DNA of 64,000 nt, taken from Actinobacteria bacterium HGW-Actinobacteria-7. Its GTDB lineage: Bacteria > Actinomycetota > Coriobacteriia > Anaerosomatales > PHET01. The stretch covers positions 19,181 to 83,180 of the forward strand of contig PHET01000002.1 of assembly GCA_002841275.1 (NCBI GenBank). The letters are read 5' to 3'. How positions within the stretch are numbered: position 1 is the first letter of the stretch; every line of letters starts with the position of its first letter. The notes under the pieces are model-generated. The model was not told the DNA's origin and made no database searches. It saw only the letters and a list, made by a program, of their open reading frames with translations. The translations under genes and the position numbers were made by a program. Below, piece by piece: positions 42,212-52,194 of the stretch.

Positions 42212-44044
42212 TCACACCCCTGTCGCGAGAACGGCTACCAGCACGAGAACGAGAACGGCAGCGACAACGAGCCGCTGGTACACCTGCACACGCCCGGCCT
42301 GTAGGCGACGGAGCTGGGTGCCCGCCTGGCGGCATGCCACGCCTACGCCGTTGACTATGCCGTTGATGACCTTCTTGTCGAACCAGTTGACCTTCTCGGA
42401 GAGCCGGTTGTACCCACCGGCGATGTACTGCTCGGCCACTAGGTCCAGGAAGAAGCGGTTCGTCACGATCATGTACACCTTGGACGCGCGAGCGCGTACG
42501 GCCTCCGGATCGCGTCCGTTGCCGAAGAGCGCCCACCCGAGCCCGATACCCGACAGGGCGACGATGGTGGACGCACCACCCATGACCAGACTCGGCCACT
42601 CGGTCTCGCTACCCAGGAACTCGCCGAATACGAGCGTCGTTGCACCGGCGAGCACCGACAGTAGCGCCAGCACGATCATGGGCGACAGTATCTTCATATC
42701 AGACTCATGCGCATGACCCGCCTTGCGCGGCGTTCCCGAGAAGACCCGGAACCAGAGTCTCGCCATGTAGAACGCCGTCAGAAACGCCGAGGCCAGCGCC
42801 ACCGAGTAGATCACGTAGTGACCCTCACGCCACAGATGATCGAGAATCAGGTCCTTGGAGAAGAACCCCGAGAACGGCATGATGCCCGAGAGGGCCAGCG
42901 TTCCCACCGTGAAGGTCACGGTGGTCACCTTCATGCTCTTGCCGACCCCACCCATCTCGCGCATGTCCTGCGTGTGGAGTGAGTGGATGATGCTACCGGC
43001 GCCCAGGAAGAGCAGGCTCTTGAAGAACGCATGGGTGAACAGGTGAAACATCCCGGCCGATACGTTGCCGGTTCCCAGGCCCATGAACATGAAGCCCAAC
43101 TGAGAGATGGTCGAGTACGCGAGGACCTTCTTGATGTCGTGCTGCACCGAGCCCATCGACGCAGCGAGCAGCGCGGTGGTCGCACCGATGATCAGCACCA
43201 CCTGTAGGGCGACACCCGAAGCCTCGAAGATCGGCAAGGAGCGGGCCACCAGGAATACGCCGGCCGCAACCATCGTCGCCGCGTGGATCAATGCCGACGC
43301 GGGCGTGGGGCCCGCCATGGCGTCAGGCAGCCAGATGTGAAGCGGGAACTGCGCGGACTTGCCCATAGCGCCGAAGAACAGCAGCAGGGCGATAGCTGTG
43401 GCCACACCCGGTCCCCACGTATGAGCGGAACCGAGCACCGTGGGGATATCGAACGATCCGACAGTCGCCCACATGTAGGCCAGTCCAATGGCGAAGCCCA
43501 CATCACCGACACGGGTTGTGAGAAACGCCTTGATGGACGCCCTGCGCGCCTCGTCGTTCGTGTTCCAGAAACCGATGAGCAGATACGAACAGAGCCCCAT
43601 GACCTCCCACGACATGTAGAAGAGGAGGAAGTCGCCAGCGAGCACCAAGGTGAGCATCGCTGCGGTGAAGAGCGAAAGTACCGCGTAATACCAGCCGATG
43701 CGCTCCTCGCCCTTCATGTAGGAAAGCGAGTAGACCTGGACGGCCATGCCCACGATGGTCACCACGAGCAACATCAGCGCCGCGAGCGCATCGAGCCTCA
43801 GCGAGATGTTGAGCGGCACCCCACCGATGACACCGATGGTGTACGACGTGAACTGCGCACCGTGCTCCGCGAGCTTCTCGGCACCAGGAAAGACCGTAGA
43901 GAAGGCCATCAGTGACAGCACAAGCGAGACCGCCATCGCCCCGATCGGCAGGAACAGCATCTTCGTGCGAGTTGCGCGCGGCAGCAGGAAGAACAGGAAG
44001 AACACCAGTGCCGGAATGAGAGGGATGGCGACCAGGATATTCAC
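42212..44044 (-). CDS. nuoL: Complex I-like subunit L
   Basis: WEVMGLCSYLLIGFW, GKSAQFPLHIWLPDAMAGPTP, HAFFK, GFFSKD. Confidence 0.95.
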   Translation of the reverse strand: MNILVAIPLIPALVFFLFFLLPRATRTKMLFLPIGAMAVSLVLSLMAFSTVFPGAEKLAEHGAQFTSYTIGVIGGVPLNISLRLDALAALMLLVVTIVGMAVQVYSLSYMKGEERIGWYYAVLSLFTAAMLTLVLAGDFLLFYMSWEVMGLCSYLLIGFWNTNDEARRASIKAFLTTRVGDVGFAIGLAYMWATVGSFDIPTVLGSAHTWGPGVATAIALLLFFGAMGKSAQFPLHIWLPDAMAGPTPASALIHAATMVAAGVFLVARSLPIFEASGVALQVVLIIGATTALLAASMGSVQHDIKKVLAYSTISQLGFMFMGLGTGNVSAGMFHLFTHAFFKSLLFLGAGSIIHSLHTQDMREMGGVGKSMKVTTVTFTVGTLALSGIMPFSGFFSKDLILDHLWREGHYVIYSVALASAFLTAFYMARLWFRVFSGTPRKAGHAHESDMKILSPMIVLALLSVLAGATTLVFGEFLGSETEWPSLVMGGASTIVALSGIGLGWALFGNGRDPEAVRARASKVYMIVTNRFFLDLVAEQYIAGGYNRLSEKVNWFDKKVINGIVNGVGVACRQAGTQLRRLQAGRVQVYQRLVVAAVLVLVLVAVLATGV

Positions 44045-44047
44045 CGG

Positions 44048-44359
44048 TTATCCCCTCAGCTCGTTGATATGGTCAAGCTCGACGGTCTTGGTCTGGCGAT
44101 ACAGAGCGATGACCAGTGCCAGACCCAGCCCGATCTCGGCGGCGGCAACTACCATCATGAACATCGCAAAGACCTGCCCTGTCATCTTCTCGGGAGTGAG
44201 GAATCGGGAGAACGCGACGAGGTTGATGTTGACCGCGTTGGCCATGAGCTCAAGAGACATGAGCACCATGACCGCGCTCTTCTTGGAGGTGACTCCGTAG
44301 AGTCCCAGCGAGAACAGGAGAGCGGCAAGCAGCAGGAATGCGGGAAGCCCGACCGTCAT
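44048..44359 (-). CDS. nuoK: Complex I-like subunit K
   Basis: SLELMANAVNIN, GQVFA, AAAEIGLGLA. Confidence 0.93.
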   Translation of the reverse strand: MTVGLPAFLLLAALLFSLGLYGVTSKKSAVMVLMSLELMANAVNINLVAFSRFLTPEKMTGQVFAMFMMVVAAAEIGLGLALVIALYRQTKTVELDHINELRG

Positions 44360-44862
44360 GAGCGCTTCACCCCCCCAGACCACCACACCGCACCAACCAG
44401 TGCGACGAGAAGAATCAACGAGGCGAGCTCAAAAGGTAGGACCCACGTCGAGAACAGCTCGAGACCCAGCTCGGTGACGCCTGGGGCGACGCTGGGCAGC
44501 GAGTCGGGGTAGGCCGGGACTAAGGACAGCACCATGAAGCATGCAAGCGCCGCGAACGAAACGGCGAGTGCGAGAGCGGGCAGCGAGAAATCGATGGGAC
44601 GAACCGCATCTGCCCGGCGGCGCAAAGTGAGCATGACTACGAACAGCACGAGCACCGCAACCGCACCGGCGTAGACCAGAAGTTGCACCAGCGCGAGAAA
44701 CTCGGCCGAGAGAAGCAGGTAGAGCCCCGCCGTCGAGACCATGCTGGCGAGCATCCAGAAGGCCGCGTGCACCACGTTGCGCGAGAACAGCATCATGGCA
44801 GCGCAGCCCAGGGTGAGCAGACCAAGGATGGCGAATGGGATGAGGGCGACCGTCGGGCTCAC
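44356..44862 (-). CDS. nuoJ: Complex I-like subunit J
   Basis: NVVHAA, QLLVYAGAV, LPFELAS. Confidence 0.93.
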   Translation of the reverse strand: MSPTVALIPFAILGLLTLGCAAMMLFSRNVVHAAFWMLASMVSTAGLYLLLSAEFLALVQLLVYAGAVAVLVLFVVMLTLRRRADAVRPIDFSLPALALAVSFAALACFMVLSLVPAYPDSLPSVAPGVTELGLELFSTWVLPFELASLILLVALVGAVWWSGGVKRS

Positions 44863-45344
44863 GATGCATCTCCCTCCGAAGCGGAAGCGGGCTGCGCCGG
44901 GGCGTCCGGAGTCGCGGGCTTCTCGCGCTTGGGCTTGTAGGCGGGTGTGTCAGTGATGAGGTCGTACTCCAGTGTGTCCGGGTCCACGCGGGCGAGCTCG
45001 TAGTCGTGGCTCATTGCGATTGCACTGAAGGGACAGGCCTCAACACACAGCCCGCACATCATGCAAGCCCCAAGTTGGTACGAGAAATGGTTGATGTGCT
45101 TGCTGCGATCTTCGTTGGTGGTCACGTCCAAGGCCAAGACATGGTCAGGACACGTCTTCACGCAGGTACCGCATGCGGTGCAAACCGGGACACCCTGCGC
45201 GTCGCTAAGCGGCACAACGGTCCACCGGGCACGCTCGGGCAGTTCGAGCTTCTCGAAGGGGTACTGCAACGTGATGGGGCCCCGACGCATGTTGCGCATG
45301 GAGATCCTGAGTCCGTTGACAAGCCCGCTTCCCCATAGCTTCAT
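44859..45344 (-). CDS. nuoI: Complex I-like subunit I (2x[4Fe-4S])
   Basis: CTACGTCVKTCP and CMMCGLCVEACP. Confidence 0.93.
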   Translation of the reverse strand: MKLWGSGLVNGLRISMRNMRRGPITLQYPFEKLELPERARWTVVPLSDAQGVPVCTACGTCVKTCPDHVLALDVTTNEDRSKHINHFSYQLGACMMCGLCVEACPFSAIAMSHDYELARVDPDTLEYDLITDTPAYKPKREKPATPDAPAQPASASEGDAS

Positions 45345-46327
45345 CGGGCCACCGCCTCAACGAGCTTGACGGCGACACCGGTCACGAGCAGCCACGCGAG
45401 GTTCGCGGGCAGAAGCACTTTCCATCCCAGCTGCTGCAGCTGGTCCACTCTCACGCGCGGGAACGTTCCTCTGATCCACATGAAGAAGAAGATGACGAGA
45501 TAGGTCTTGGCGACGAATACGATCGGTGCGAATCCGGCCTGTATCTGGGCGGGGATGAACGGCAGCGACCATCCGCCGAAGAACAGGGTCACCGTGAGTC
45601 CGGCCATGATGAACAGGTTGCTGAACTCGGAGAGGAAGAGCAGCCCGAACTTCATCGAGGCGTACTCGCTCGAGAACCCGGCGACCAGTTCGGACTCCGC
45701 CTCAGACATGTCGAACGGTGTCTGGTTGAGCTCGACCAGCGAGGCCACAACGAAGAGCAGCAACGCCGGGAACTGCGGGATGAAGAACCACAGCTTGTCT
45801 TGGGCGGCGACGATATCGTTCAGGTTGAGGGAGCCGACCATCAAGACAACGGGCAGCGCCGAGAGGAGCAGCGGGACTTCATAGGCGATCTGCTGGCCCA
45901 CTGCGCGCATCCCGCCAAGCAGAGACCACTTGTTGGCGCTCGACCAGCCCGCCATGAGGATGCCCAGGGGCACCAGCGACATGATGCCGAAGGTAAACAG
46001 TAGACCAGTCGCGAGGTCGGCCATCGCCCACGTCTTGGAGAACGGAAGGGCGGCGTAGGCCGCAAGCGAAGGGATGAACACGACCGCGGGCGCGAGGAAG
46101 TACAGTGCCTTGTCGACCGCGCGCGGTGTGGGGTCCTCCTTGGTCAGCAGCTTCAGAACATCGGCGACCGTCTGGACCGTGCCGTGCCAGCCCACGTTCA
46201 TCGGGCCAAGGCGCACGTGAAGATGTCCGAGAACCTTCCGCAGCATGTAGATGAGCACGACTCCGTTGAGGAGCATGAGCCCAAGCCCCGCGAGCACCCT
46301 CAGACAGGCGACCAGTATCGGGTTCAT
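45341..46327 (-). CDS. nuoH: Complex I-like subunit H
   Basis: ADVLKLLTKED, NKWSLLGGMR, PFDMSEAESELVAG, PRVRVDQ. Confidence 0.95.
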   Translation of the reverse strand: MNPILVACLRVLAGLGLMLLNGVVLIYMLRKVLGHLHVRLGPMNVGWHGTVQTVADVLKLLTKEDPTPRAVDKALYFLAPAVVFIPSLAAYAALPFSKTWAMADLATGLLFTFGIMSLVPLGILMAGWSSANKWSLLGGMRAVGQQIAYEVPLLLSALPVVLMVGSLNLNDIVAAQDKLWFFIPQFPALLLFVVASLVELNQTPFDMSEAESELVAGFSSEYASMKFGLLFLSEFSNLFIMAGLTVTLFFGGWSLPFIPAQIQAGFAPIVFVAKTYLVIFFFMWIRGTFPRVRVDQLQQLGWKVLLPANLAWLLVTGVAVKLVEAVAR

Positions 46328-47532
46328 CGGTCGATCTCCCCAAGTACCAGGTCGACGCTGCCCGCAGTGACAATCGCATCGGCGATAAGCGAGCCGGGCA
46401 TGATGGCCTCGACGACCTGCAACGCGTAGAGCGCCGGGGGTCGGTAACGCAGGCGATACGGCGTGTCCGAGCCGTCAGAGACGAGATGGACACCCCACTC
46501 CCCTCGCGGTGATTCGACTGCAGCGTAGGCTTCGCCCGCAGGCGGGCGGAGCACCTTGGGAACCTTCGCGGTGAAGTCACCCTCGGGCATCCCGTCGAGG
46601 CACTGGCGAATCATACGGACCGACTGCCTCATCTCCTCCATGCGCACGGCATAGCGGGCCCAGCAGTCGCCCTCGGTTGCCATTGGCACCGTGAAGTCGA
46701 GCTTCTCGTAGGCGGCGTACGGACGATCGCGGCGCACGTCAAAGCCCACGCCGCTCGCTCGGAGGTTTGCCCCGGTCAGCCCAAATCCGATAGCGGTCTG
46801 CTTGTCGATCACGCCAACGCCGTGGACACGACTCTGGAAGATCTCGTTGCCGCCCAAGAGCTGATCGTGCTCTTCGATGTGAACGTCAAAGATGTCGACG
46901 AATGCTCTGAGCTTCTGATCGATTCCCGCGGGCAGGTCGGCGAGCACACCACCCGGGCGGACGTAGTTGAACATCATTCGGCTACCGCTGACCGCCTCGA
47001 GGATGTCGAGCAGGTCCTCGCGGTCTCGGACCGCGTAGAGGAACTGGCCCATCGCGCCCGCGTCCAACCCGAAGGTCCCGTACCACACCAAGTGCGAGGC
47101 GATACGGTTGACCTCACCCATGAGCGACCGGATCCAGTGTGCCTTCTCGGGAACCTCGATCTCGAGGAGCTTCTCGGTGACCATCGCGGCCGCGAGTTCG
47201 CCGTGGATGCCGGACGTGTAGTCGCCGCGGTCCATGAGCGTGCCCAGCGCGTTGTAGCGACGGTGCTCCGCGAGCTTCTCGATACCACGGTGTAGGTAGC
47301 CGATCGACATCTCGGCGCCAACGACCTCTTCGCCGTCGGCCTCGATGATCATCCTCAACACCCCGTGCGTTGACGGGTGCTGGGGGCCGAAGTTGACGAC
47401 CAGGTGCTCGGTCGTGACCTCATCGACGCCCGAAGGCACGCGACGTAGGCCAACGGGAAGCTGAGCGGGAACGTACGCGCCTTCGGATACAGCCGCTCCG
47501 ACCGGCGCCGTCAGGTTCGGGTCCTGTGTCAC
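46324..47532 (-). CDS. nuoD: Complex I-like subunit D
   Basis: NFGPQHPSTHGVLR, GYLHRGIEK, ESPRGE, GEIDR; no Ni-binding CxxC pairs. Confidence 0.95.
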   Translation of the reverse strand: MTQDPNLTAPVGAAVSEGAYVPAQLPVGLRRVPSGVDEVTTEHLVVNFGPQHPSTHGVLRMIIEADGEEVVGAEMSIGYLHRGIEKLAEHRRYNALGTLMDRGDYTSGIHGELAAAMVTEKLLEIEVPEKAHWIRSLMGEVNRIASHLVWYGTFGLDAGAMGQFLYAVRDREDLLDILEAVSGSRMMFNYVRPGGVLADLPAGIDQKLRAFVDIFDVHIEEHDQLLGGNEIFQSRVHGVGVIDKQTAIGFGLTGANLRASGVGFDVRRDRPYAAYEKLDFTVPMATEGDCWARYAVRMEEMRQSVRMIRQCLDGMPEGDFTAKVPKVLRPPAGEAYAAVESPRGEWGVHLVSDGSDTPYRLRYRPPALYALQVVEAIMPGSLIADAIVTAGSVDLVLGEIDR

Positions 47533-47990
47533 CGGGACCGCACCTCCTCGGCGCTTCTGATCTCGACACGCTTGAGCAGCATCGGCTCGAGCCCGTCGGT
47601 GGTCAGCAACCTCTTGGGGTTGGGATGTCCGCTGAGCTTCAGGCCGAACATCTCTGCGACCTCACGCTCGGGCATCAGTGCTGCGGGGTAGATCTCCCAG
47701 ACACTGGGAAACCCGTCGTCGTACTCCACGCTCGTACGCACGTAGACATCCTCATCGCGCGAGAGTGAGCGCAGGTGGTAGGTGATCTCGACGAGCTCAC
47801 CCGTATCGACGCCAAAGAGATCCACCATGAAGGTGAACTCAGAAGACGAATCGCGTAGCGCGCTCAGCAACTGCAAGAGCTCCGCATTCTGCGCGCGCAC
47901 AATCACGCCCAAGGAGGTCTGCTCGACCTCAACGGACGTCAGCCCAGCGCTTCTGAGAGCGCTAGTTATCGCGGTTACGTCGGGCTGCAA
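47529..47990 (-). CDS. nuoC: Complex I-like subunit C
   Basis: [39 protein letters not shown]; TTG start after GAGGAG. Confidence 0.9.
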   Translation of the reverse strand: MQPDVTAITSALRSAGLTSVEVEQTSLGVIVRAQNAELLQLLSALRDSSSEFTFMVDLFGVDTGELVEITYHLRSLSRDEDVYVRTSVEYDDGFPSVWEIYPAALMPEREVAEMFGLKLSGHPNPKRLLTTDGLEPMLLKRVEIRSAEEVRSR

Positions 47991-48468
47991 CGCGCTCCTC
48001 GCTCGCTTTCTTGATCTTGTTCTGGAGCTCGATGAACGCGAAGTGCACGCTCTCCGGCCGCGGTGGGCATCCGGGGATATAGACATCGACGGGAACGACC
48101 TTGTCGACGCCCAGAAGGACGTTGGGGTACTCACGGAACGGACCGCCGGTGCAGGAGCATGCACCCATCGCCACGACCCACTTGGGCTCGGGCATCTGGT
48201 CGTAGAGGCGCTTGACCGATTCGGCCATCTTGCGATTGACCGTGCCCGCGACGATCATGACATCTGCTTGGCGCGGGCTGGCGCGGAAGAAGACTCCCAT
48301 GCGATCGAAGTCGAAGCGGGGGCCCGATGCGTGCATCAGACCTTCGATGGCGCAGCAGGCGATGCCGAACGCCAGGTACCACAAGGAGTTGCTGCGGGCC
48401 CAGTCGAACAGCTGCTCGCTGCGAACGAACACGATGGAATTCTCTCCGGTGAGCTTGTCTAGCGCCAC
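47962..48468 (-). CDS. nuoB: Complex I-like subunit B
   Basis: [27 protein letters not shown]. Confidence 0.95.
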   Translation of the reverse strand: MALDKLTGENSIVFVRSEQLFDWARSNSLWYLAFGIACCAIEGLMHASGPRFDFDRMGVFFRASPRQADVMIVAGTVNRKMAESVKRLYDQMPEPKWVVAMGACSCTGGPFREYPNVLLGVDKVVPVDVYIPGCPPRPESVHFAFIELQNKIKKASEERVAARRNRDN

Positions 48469-48821
48469 TTGAGAGCACCCTCTTTCCACGCATAGGCCAG
48501 ACCGCCGAAGAGAATCGCGATGAAGACGATCATCTCGGTGAACACAAACCATCCGGTCTGCTTGAACACCACGGCCCAGGGATAGAGGAACACCGTCTCA
48601 ATGTCGAAGATCACGTACAGCAAGGCGTAGACGTAGTATCCGACGCGGAACTGGATCCACGGAGAGCCGATGGTCTCCACGCCGCACTCGTAGGTCTCGG
48701 CCTTCTCTGGCGTGGGGTTCTTGGGACTCAGCAGCCATGACGTGGAGAGCGCGACGGCGACGAACAGAGCGCCGATGACGACGAAGGCTGCGACCACTAT
48801 GAGATCGAGCGACGCCGACAT
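48459..48821 (-). CDS. nuoA: Complex I-like subunit A
   Basis: [27 protein letters not shown]. Confidence 0.95.
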   Translation of the reverse strand: MSASLDLIVVAAFVVIGALFVAVALSTSWLLSPKNPTPEKAETYECGVETIGSPWIQFRVGYYVYALLYVIFDIETVFLYPWAVVFKQTGWFVFTEMIVFIAILFGGLAYAWKEGALKWR

Positions 48822-49071
48822 GGTTTCTGAGACCACCCTTCCCCTGAATAAGCCCGCTGGAATCACCGCAAACAGGCGATGTTGATGCGCCGTACACGCC
48901 TTGTGTTTCTCCGGACGGCGCAACGGATACCGAAGTAAACACACGCCTCCGCCTCAACTACCAGCAAGGTACGTCTCTGCGTCGGTGAACGGCGCCGCGC
49001 CAGCGGTGAACGGCAGGAAACGGCCGCCTCAGCCGCTTACCGACGCCGCCGGGACTGCCCCGAGAATGCGA

Positions 49072-49097
49072 GAAGGCGGCCCATGAGGACCGCCTTC
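49072..49097 (-). terminator. Hairpin downstream of tRNA-Thr
   Basis: gaaggcgg...ccgccttc 8-bp inverted repeat about 10 nt past the tRNA 3' end. Confidence 0.55.
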
Positions 49098-49106
49098 GAG
49101 TAGTTG

Positions 49107-49182
49107 TGGAGCCGACGAGCGGATTCGAACCGCTGACCTGCGCATTACGAGTGCGCTGCTCTACCAGCTGAGCTACGTCGGC
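49107..49182 (-). tRNA. tRNA-Thr (anticodon CGT)
   Basis: Minus strand GCCGACGTAGCTCAGCTGGTAGAGCAGCGCACT-CGT-AATGCGCAGGTCAGCGGTTCGAATCCGCTCGTCGGCTCCA; 76-nt cloverleaf with encoded CCA. Confidence 0.97.
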
Positions 49183-49200
49183 CTATGTACTGCTGTCACG

Positions 49201-50436
49201 TCACGCTTGCGGTGCCGCGTCCCCGCCACCGCCACCCGACCTGCGCCGCCTGCGGCGCTTCCTTCCTGCAGCGGGCTGATCCCCGCTCTTCGCCTCGCCG
49301 CCGCCTTGCGGCTGCTTCGAAGGCTGCTCGCTCGCTGCCTGCCTCGCCGGCTCGGAAGCTGGCGGCTGGGCCGCGCCTGAACCGCCACGGCGTCTGCGTC
49401 GACGCGGGGTACCGCTCTTCTCCGCCGATGACTCGGCCTGCGGAGCATCTTCGCGCTCCCCGGACTCGGCCACCGAGACACGCTCACGTCTCTCAGGACG
49501 CTCCCGCTTCTGCGGAGCCGGCTGCGGAGCCTTCATCACCGGTTCGAACTCGACCTCGTCCTCGGCGACCATCGCGATCGCTGCGGCATGGCCGGCTTCA
49601 GCAAGCACTTCTCGGTCAACCGAACACGGACAACCGCTGCCCTTCGAGCAGCACATCCCGCTCAGCGGAACGGTGATACGGTCGCCGCCCTCGAAACGCA
49701 TCGTGACGGTTTCCTTCGGCGTGTTCAGCTCTGCGACCTTGGCCAGTCCTACAGCCGTCTCGATGATCGCACCACGCTTGGGAGCCCGACCCTTGAAGTC
49801 CTTGTAGGCATCGAACTCGTAGCGCAGACAGCACATGAGTCTGCCGCAAAGCCCGCTTATCTTCAAGGGGTTTAGGGGCAGATCTTGTTCTTTTGCCATG
49901 CGAATCGAAACCGGGTGGAAATCGCCCCCGAAGCGCACACAGCACAGCATCTGTCCGCAGTGGCCCACACCGCCCACCGCGCGCGCCTCATCGCGCACAC
50001 CGATCTGGCGCATGTCGACCCGCGCGTGGAAGTTCGCGGCCAGATCCTTCACCAGCTCGCGGAAGTCGACACGCTCCTCCGCCGAGAAGTAGAAGATGAT
50101 CTTGTCGCCATCGAATACGTACTCGACAGCCACCGGCTTCATGTCCAGACGATAGTGCTCGACGAGTTCCCTGAACACAGGGAGTGCCTCGCGCTCCTTG
50201 AGCTCAAGCTCTTGGGCATAGGCCAAGTCACCCTCGTCCGCAACGCGGAGGACGGGCTTCAACACACTCGGCACGGATCCAGCAGCCACCTCACAGGGGG
50301 GCTGAACCACGGTACCGAGCTCTAATCCTCGCTCGGTCTCGACGATAACGAGATCGCCCTCGACCGGCTCTGTGCCGGCAGGGTCGAACCAGAGAGTCTT
50401 CGAGAACCGGAGCCTCACTCCCACTATCGTGGGCAT
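49201..50436 (-). CDS. PSP1-domain RicT/YaaT family protein with low-complexity C-terminal tail
   Basis: RVDFRELVKDLA, RQIGVRDEA, CGQMLCC, SIRMAKEQ, SGLCGRLMCCLRYE; follows holB as in Firmicutes. Confidence 0.92.
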   Translation of the reverse strand: MPTIVGVRLRFSKTLWFDPAGTEPVEGDLVIVETERGLELGTVVQPPCEVAAGSVPSVLKPVLRVADEGDLAYAQELELKEREALPVFRELVEHYRLDMKPVAVEYVFDGDKIIFYFSAEERVDFRELVKDLAANFHARVDMRQIGVRDEARAVGGVGHCGQMLCCVRFGGDFHPVSIRMAKEQDLPLNPLKISGLCGRLMCCLRYEFDAYKDFKGRAPKRGAIIETAVGLAKVAELNTPKETVTMRFEGGDRITVPLSGMCCSKGSGCPCSVDREVLAEAGHAAAIAMVAEDEVEFEPVMKAPQPAPQKRERPERRERVSVAESGEREDAPQAESSAEKSGTPRRRRRRGGSGAAQPPASEPARQAASEQPSKQPQGGGEAKSGDQPAAGRKRRRRRRSGGGGGDAAPQA

Positions 50437-51548
50437 CGTAAGACCTCCCGGAGATCGAACAGCATGGCCTCGACGGCCAACTGTGGGGTCACATTATACG
50501 AAATACGGCGACGGGCCTCGTTTACGGCCCCTAACGCACTTGCGGCTGCACCTGGAGTGATGACCGCACCAACTTCCTCCATCGCATCGAGCGCATCGAT
50601 GTTGACGGCCAAATCACCAACTCCCTGAGATAGTGTCAAGCAATCGCGAAGCCAGCTCTCGGCAACGTTGAGGACTTCGGCGACCCCTTCGCGTTCACGA
50701 GCCGTCAGCTCACGCTTGTGCCGCTCCTCGATGGAGCGGGTCGAACCCTTGCCCATGAACTCTGTTCGCGCAGCGAGTTCGGCCGCCTGAACCTGCTTGA
50801 CTTCGTCGAGAGGCGCCTTCACCGCAGTGAGCAGTTCCTTGGCAGCCACGAGCACATCGTACTCGTCCATCGACGAAAGGTCTTTCAGACTGCGAAGAAT
50901 GACGTCTCGGGCCGCCCGCCGAGAAGGGCTTGCCAGGAAGTCCCGGGCTCGGGCAACCACTCCGCCCACCGCGGCCAGCGCGGCCGCCGCCTCTGCCGGA
51001 TCCGCGCCGGACTGCGCCACGAGCACCGCGGTTGCCTCGGAAGGCGGGATGCGCCGGAACCGAACCACTTGGCACCGCGAAGCGATGGTTGGGATCACTC
51101 GCTCATAGGTGTGAGCCAGCAAAATGATCACGACATCTGCAGGCGGCTCCTCAAGCGTCTTGAGAAACGCATTGGCCGCCTTGTCGTTGAACAGGTCCGC
51201 GCTCTCGAAGATGTAGACCTTGTAGGGCCCTTCGATGGGCGCCAGCTGGACATCGTGTATGACATCGTCAATCTGGTCCTTCAGATACCCTGCTGTGCCC
51301 TCTGGGGTGATGATGCGCACGTCCGGGTGTACGCGCCGGCGGATGCGGCTGCAAGCCGGGCAACCGCCACATCCGTTGTCGCCGCAGAACAACGCGCAGG
51401 CAAGAGCCAGCGCGGCCGTCTTCTTGCCCCCGCCAGGAGGACCCACAAAAAGGTATGCGTGGCCTACTCGGCCAGCCTCGGCCACGGTCCGCAGAAACGA
51501 CGTGACCCTTGGCTGACCCACGATGTCATCCCAAGCACATCGTGGCAT
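50424..51548 (-). CDS. holB: DNA polymerase III delta' subunit
   Basis: HAYLFVGP, C4 zinc site with HPD, ANAFLKTLEEP, TIASRC. Confidence 0.93.
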   Translation of the reverse strand: MPRCAWDDIVGQPRVTSFLRTVAEAGRVGHAYLFVGPPGGGKKTAALALACALFCGDNGCGGCPACSRIRRRVHPDVRIITPEGTAGYLKDQIDDVIHDVQLAPIEGPYKVYIFESADLFNDKAANAFLKTLEEPPADVVIILLAHTYERVIPTIASRCQVVRFRRIPPSEATAVLVAQSGADPAEAAAALAAVGGVVARARDFLASPSRRAARDVILRSLKDLSSMDEYDVLVAAKELLTAVKAPLDEVKQVQAAELAARTEFMGKGSTRSIEERHKRELTAREREGVAEVLNVAESWLRDCLTLSQGVGDLAVNIDALDAMEEVGAVITPGAAASALGAVNEARRRISYNVTPQLAVEAMLFDLREVLRCPR

Positions 51549-52192
51549 CAGACAGAGCCCCTGCCATCGAGTGGACCGACAAGATCTGCGACCATGGCCC
51601 ACACGCGCTGTTCCACTTCGTCGGCGGTGCCTGAAGCATCGACCACGCGCACTCGCCGTGGCTCGGCCGCGGCGATTGCCAAGAAGCCCGAACGCACGCG
51701 CTCGTGAAAGGCCGCGTCCTCGGCCTCCAGCCGGTCCGCATCTCCGGTACCAACCGCGCGCTCGACTCCCACCATCGAGTCGATATCGAACACGAGTGTG
51801 CGATCAGGCACCAACCCTGCGGTGGCGGTCAGGTTCAACTGGGTGACTTCGCTGAGATTCAGGCCGCGCGCGTAACCCTGGTAGGCAGTGGTCGAGTCGA
51901 AGAACCGGTCACAGATGACCACTTCTCCGGCAGCCAGAGCAGGCTCGATGACCTCTGCCACGAGCTGTGCTCGGGCGGCCTCGTACAGTAGTAGTTCAGC
52001 TCGCGCATCCATGCCACCGGACTGAGGGTCGAGCAGGATGTTACGAACCGCCTCACCGATCTCGGTGCCGCCCGGCTCGCGAAGTGCCCGCACGGGCACC
52101 CCGACCGACTCGATTCTCCGAACCAGGCGCTTGAGCTGTGTCGACTTGCCCGAGCCCTCGCCGCCTTCGAGAGTGAGGAAGAGTCCTCTCAT
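51548..52192 (-). CDS. tmk: Thymidylate kinase
   Basis: EGGEGSGKST, REPGG, DRFFDSTTAYQG. Confidence 0.96.
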   Translation of the reverse strand: MRGLFLTLEGGEGSGKSTQLKRLVRRIESVGVPVRALREPGGTEIGEAVRNILLDPQSGGMDARAELLLYEAARAQLVAEVIEPALAAGEVVICDRFFDSTTAYQGYARGLNLSEVTQLNLTATAGLVPDRTLVFDIDSMVGVERAVGTGDADRLEAEDAAFHERVRSGFLAIAAAEPRRVRVVDASGTADEVEQRVWAMVADLVGPLDGRGSV

Positions 52193-52194
52193 GA

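Noticed and set aside
46324-48468. Possibility that nuoB/C/D encode a group 4 [NiFe] hydrogenase, given hypAB nearby
   Set aside because: The large subunit lacks both Ni-binding CxxC motifs (it has RGDY and DLVLGEIDR), and NuoB has the tandem CC of complex I.
48822-48980. Possible riboswitch in the nuoA leader (also looked at the lysA, glyA and atp leaders)
   Set aside because: I could not recognise the conserved core of any known riboswitch or T-box by eye. An Rfam/Infernal scan would be needed to exclude one.
49030-49200. tRNA-Thr as an integration site for a genomic island
   Set aside because: No integrase, no duplicated tRNA 3' end and no compositional shift seen; the flanks are housekeeping genes.
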